Source of the DNA: Gemmatimonadota bacterium
GTDB taxonomy: Bacteria > Gemmatimonadota > Gemmatimonadetes > Palauibacterales > Palauibacteraceae
NCBI GenBank assembly: GCA_035464655.1
Contig: DATHRZ010000009.1
Coordinates: forward strand, 1,769 to 65,768
DNA length: 64,000 bases
Direction: 5' to 3'
This document shows positions 62,460 to 64,000 of this stretch, one piece after another (positions within the stretch are counted from its first letter, which is position 1; every line of letters starts with the position of its first letter). The notes below the pieces were generated by a model. It saw nothing but the letters and a program-made list of their open reading frames with translations, made no database searches and had not been told where the DNA came from. The translations under genes were made by a program, and so were the position numbers.

Positions 62460-64000
62460 ACCCGGATAGGATCGCCGTCGTGGCGGGGCGCGAGTTCCGC
62501 AGCTACTTCGACCAGGCGACGGCGTACATCCTGCTCGTCGTCTTTCTCGTCGCGAATTTCTTCTTCTTCTTCCGCGCGGTCTTCGCGACCAATGGAGCGA
62601 GCCTGCGCCCGATGTTCGACCTGATGCCGTGGCTGCTGCTGTTCTTCGTGCCCGCGGTGACGATGCGATCGATCGCCGAGGACCGGGCGAGCGGCACGAT
62701 CGAGCTCGTCCTCGCACAGCCAATTCGCGACGTCGACTACCTGCTCGGAAAGTTCTTCGGGATCATGGGTTTCCTCGGCGTGGCCCTGGCGGGCACGGTG
62801 GCTGCCTGGTTCGCGATGAACGCCGGCGGCGAACCCCTCGTCGGACCCGCGGTTGCACAATACGCCGGTACGCTGCTGCTGTGCGCAGCCTTCGTCGCGA
62901 TCGGGCTGTGGGCGTCGGCCACGACGCGCAACCAGATCACGGCGTTCATCCTGGCCGTGGCGGTGACCTTCTTTCTCGTGGCGCTGACCCTTCCCGTCGT
63001 CCTGATCGGGCTGCCGCCTTCGCTGGCCGCGGTCGCGCGACGTCTCGGGGTTCTGTCGCACTACGGGAACATCACCCGGGGCGTGCTCGACCTGCGCGAC
63101 GTCGTGTACTTTGTCAGCCTCGCGATCACCTTTCTCGGCCTGGCGTACGTCGTCATACAACGGACGCGGCGCAATGCGGCGAGCCGCACCTTCAGGACGC
63201 TGCAGGCGGGTGTAGCCGGCCTGATCGCCGTGCTGATCGTCGCAAACCTGCTCGGTCAGCACATCCGCGGGCGCTGGGATCTGACGCCCGGTGGCGCGTA
63301 CACCCTTTCCGAGCCCACGCGCGCTACGCTCGGCAAGCTCGATGACGTGATTACGATACGGTTCTTCGCGTCGGACGACCTGCCAGTGCAGGCGGAGATG
63401 GTGCGGCGCGACGTCGAGGACCTGCTGGCCGACTTCGCGTCGGCGGGCGGCGACAACGTCCGGCTGCTGCGCCGCACCCCCGAGGGTGACAACGAAGCCG
63501 CCCGGGAAGCCGAGCGACTGGGCATCCCCGACATCGAGTTCAACACGCTCGGGCAGGGCGAGCTCCAGGTGCGGGTCGGCTACCTCGGCATCGTGCTCGA
63601 GTACGCCGATGCCTCCGAGGTCATTCCGTTCGTCCAGCAGGCGGGCGATCTCGAGTACCGCCTCGCGAGCGCCGTGCGCTCCATGCAGCGGCCGACCCGG
63701 CCCGTCGTCGGCCTGGTCGACGGCCTCGGCGGCCCGGCGCAGGACTCCGTGGGCGGTACCGGGCCCGACGGGATCCTCGGCTTCGCGCAGCATTTGAGCG
63801 AGGCCTACACGGTACGAACGGTGGATCTCTCGGCCGAGGCCGAGGCCGGGGCCGCATCGATTCCCGATTCGGTCGACGTGCTCGTACTGGCCGGCCCCGA
63901 GGACCCGGTCGGCGCCCCCGCGGCCGCCGAGCTGCGGCGATTTCTGGACCGGGGCGGCAACCTGTTCCTCATGCTCGAGAAGATCGCGATCGCGGCGTCG
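62456..64000 (+). CDS. GldF-GldG-like fusion (ABC-2 permease plus periplasmic domain), truncated by the window end
   Basis: Manual translation from ATG 62456: REFRSYF..TAY, TMRSIAEDRASGTIEL, GVLDLRDVVYF, then in frame RWDLT..YTLSE.TR, GYLGIVLEY and LEYRLASA; no stop before 64000. Confidence 0.85.
   Translation, partial: MNPDRIAVVAGREFRSYFDQATAYILLVVFLVANFFFFFRAVFATNGASLRPMFDLMPWLLLFFVPAVTMRSIAEDRASGTIELVLAQPIRDVDYLLGKFFGIMGFLGVALAGTVAAWFAMNAGGEPLVGPAVAQYAGTLLLCAAFVAIGLWASATTRNQITAFILAVAVTFFLVALTLPVVLIGLPPSLAAVARRLGVLSHYGNITRGVLDLRDVVYFVSLAITFLGLAYVVIQRTRRNAASRTFRTLQAGVAGLIAVLIVANLLGQHIRGRWDLTPGGAYTLSEPTRATLGKLDDVITIRFFASDDLPVQAEMVRRDVEDLLADFASAGGDNVRLLRRTPEGDNEAAREAERLGIPDIEFNTLGQGELQVRVGYLGIVLEYADASEVIPFVQQAGDLEYRLASAVRSMQRPTRPVVGLVDGLGGPAQDSVGGTGPDGILGFAQHLSEAYTVRTVDLSAEAEAGAASIPDSVDVLVLAGPEDPVGAPAAAELRRFLDRGGNLFLMLEKIAIAAS

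Overview
High-GC (about 70%) bacterial chromosomal segment. Gene content and protein style suggest Gemmatimonadota, but that is inference only. It is mostly housekeeping: serA (partial), copA, apgM, a complete System I cytochrome c maturation operon ccmABCDEFGH, a short sigma-70 factor, VKOR/DsbA, gyrA, uvrA, waaA, leuS, acs, mtgA, queE and a GldAFG-like ABC system. A probable 6S RNA lies between uvrA and an ABC exporter. The standout is a roughly 10 kb minus-strand operon (49385-59670) behind a near-consensus TTGACA-17-TACAAT promoter. In transcription order it encodes a 9-heme lipoprotein, a 20-heme NapC/NirT-like membrane cytochrome, a 9-heme C-terminally anchored cytochrome, a Rieske protein, cytochrome b, a 9-heme periplasmic cytochrome, an outer-membrane beta-barrel and a 16-heme cytochrome. 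That is 63 heme-binding motifs, five of them CX4CH, and looks like a quinol-to-cell-surface electron conduit (Rieske/cytb complex plus porin-cytochrome complex in one operon). The last gene ends in CCC-TGA, and an out-of-frame paralogous 3-heme module follows immediately in the +1 frame: a candidate programmed frameshift or a remnant of a displaced paralog. No tRNA, rRNA, CRISPR array or transposase was recognised. All assignments come from motif reading and recall; no searches were run.
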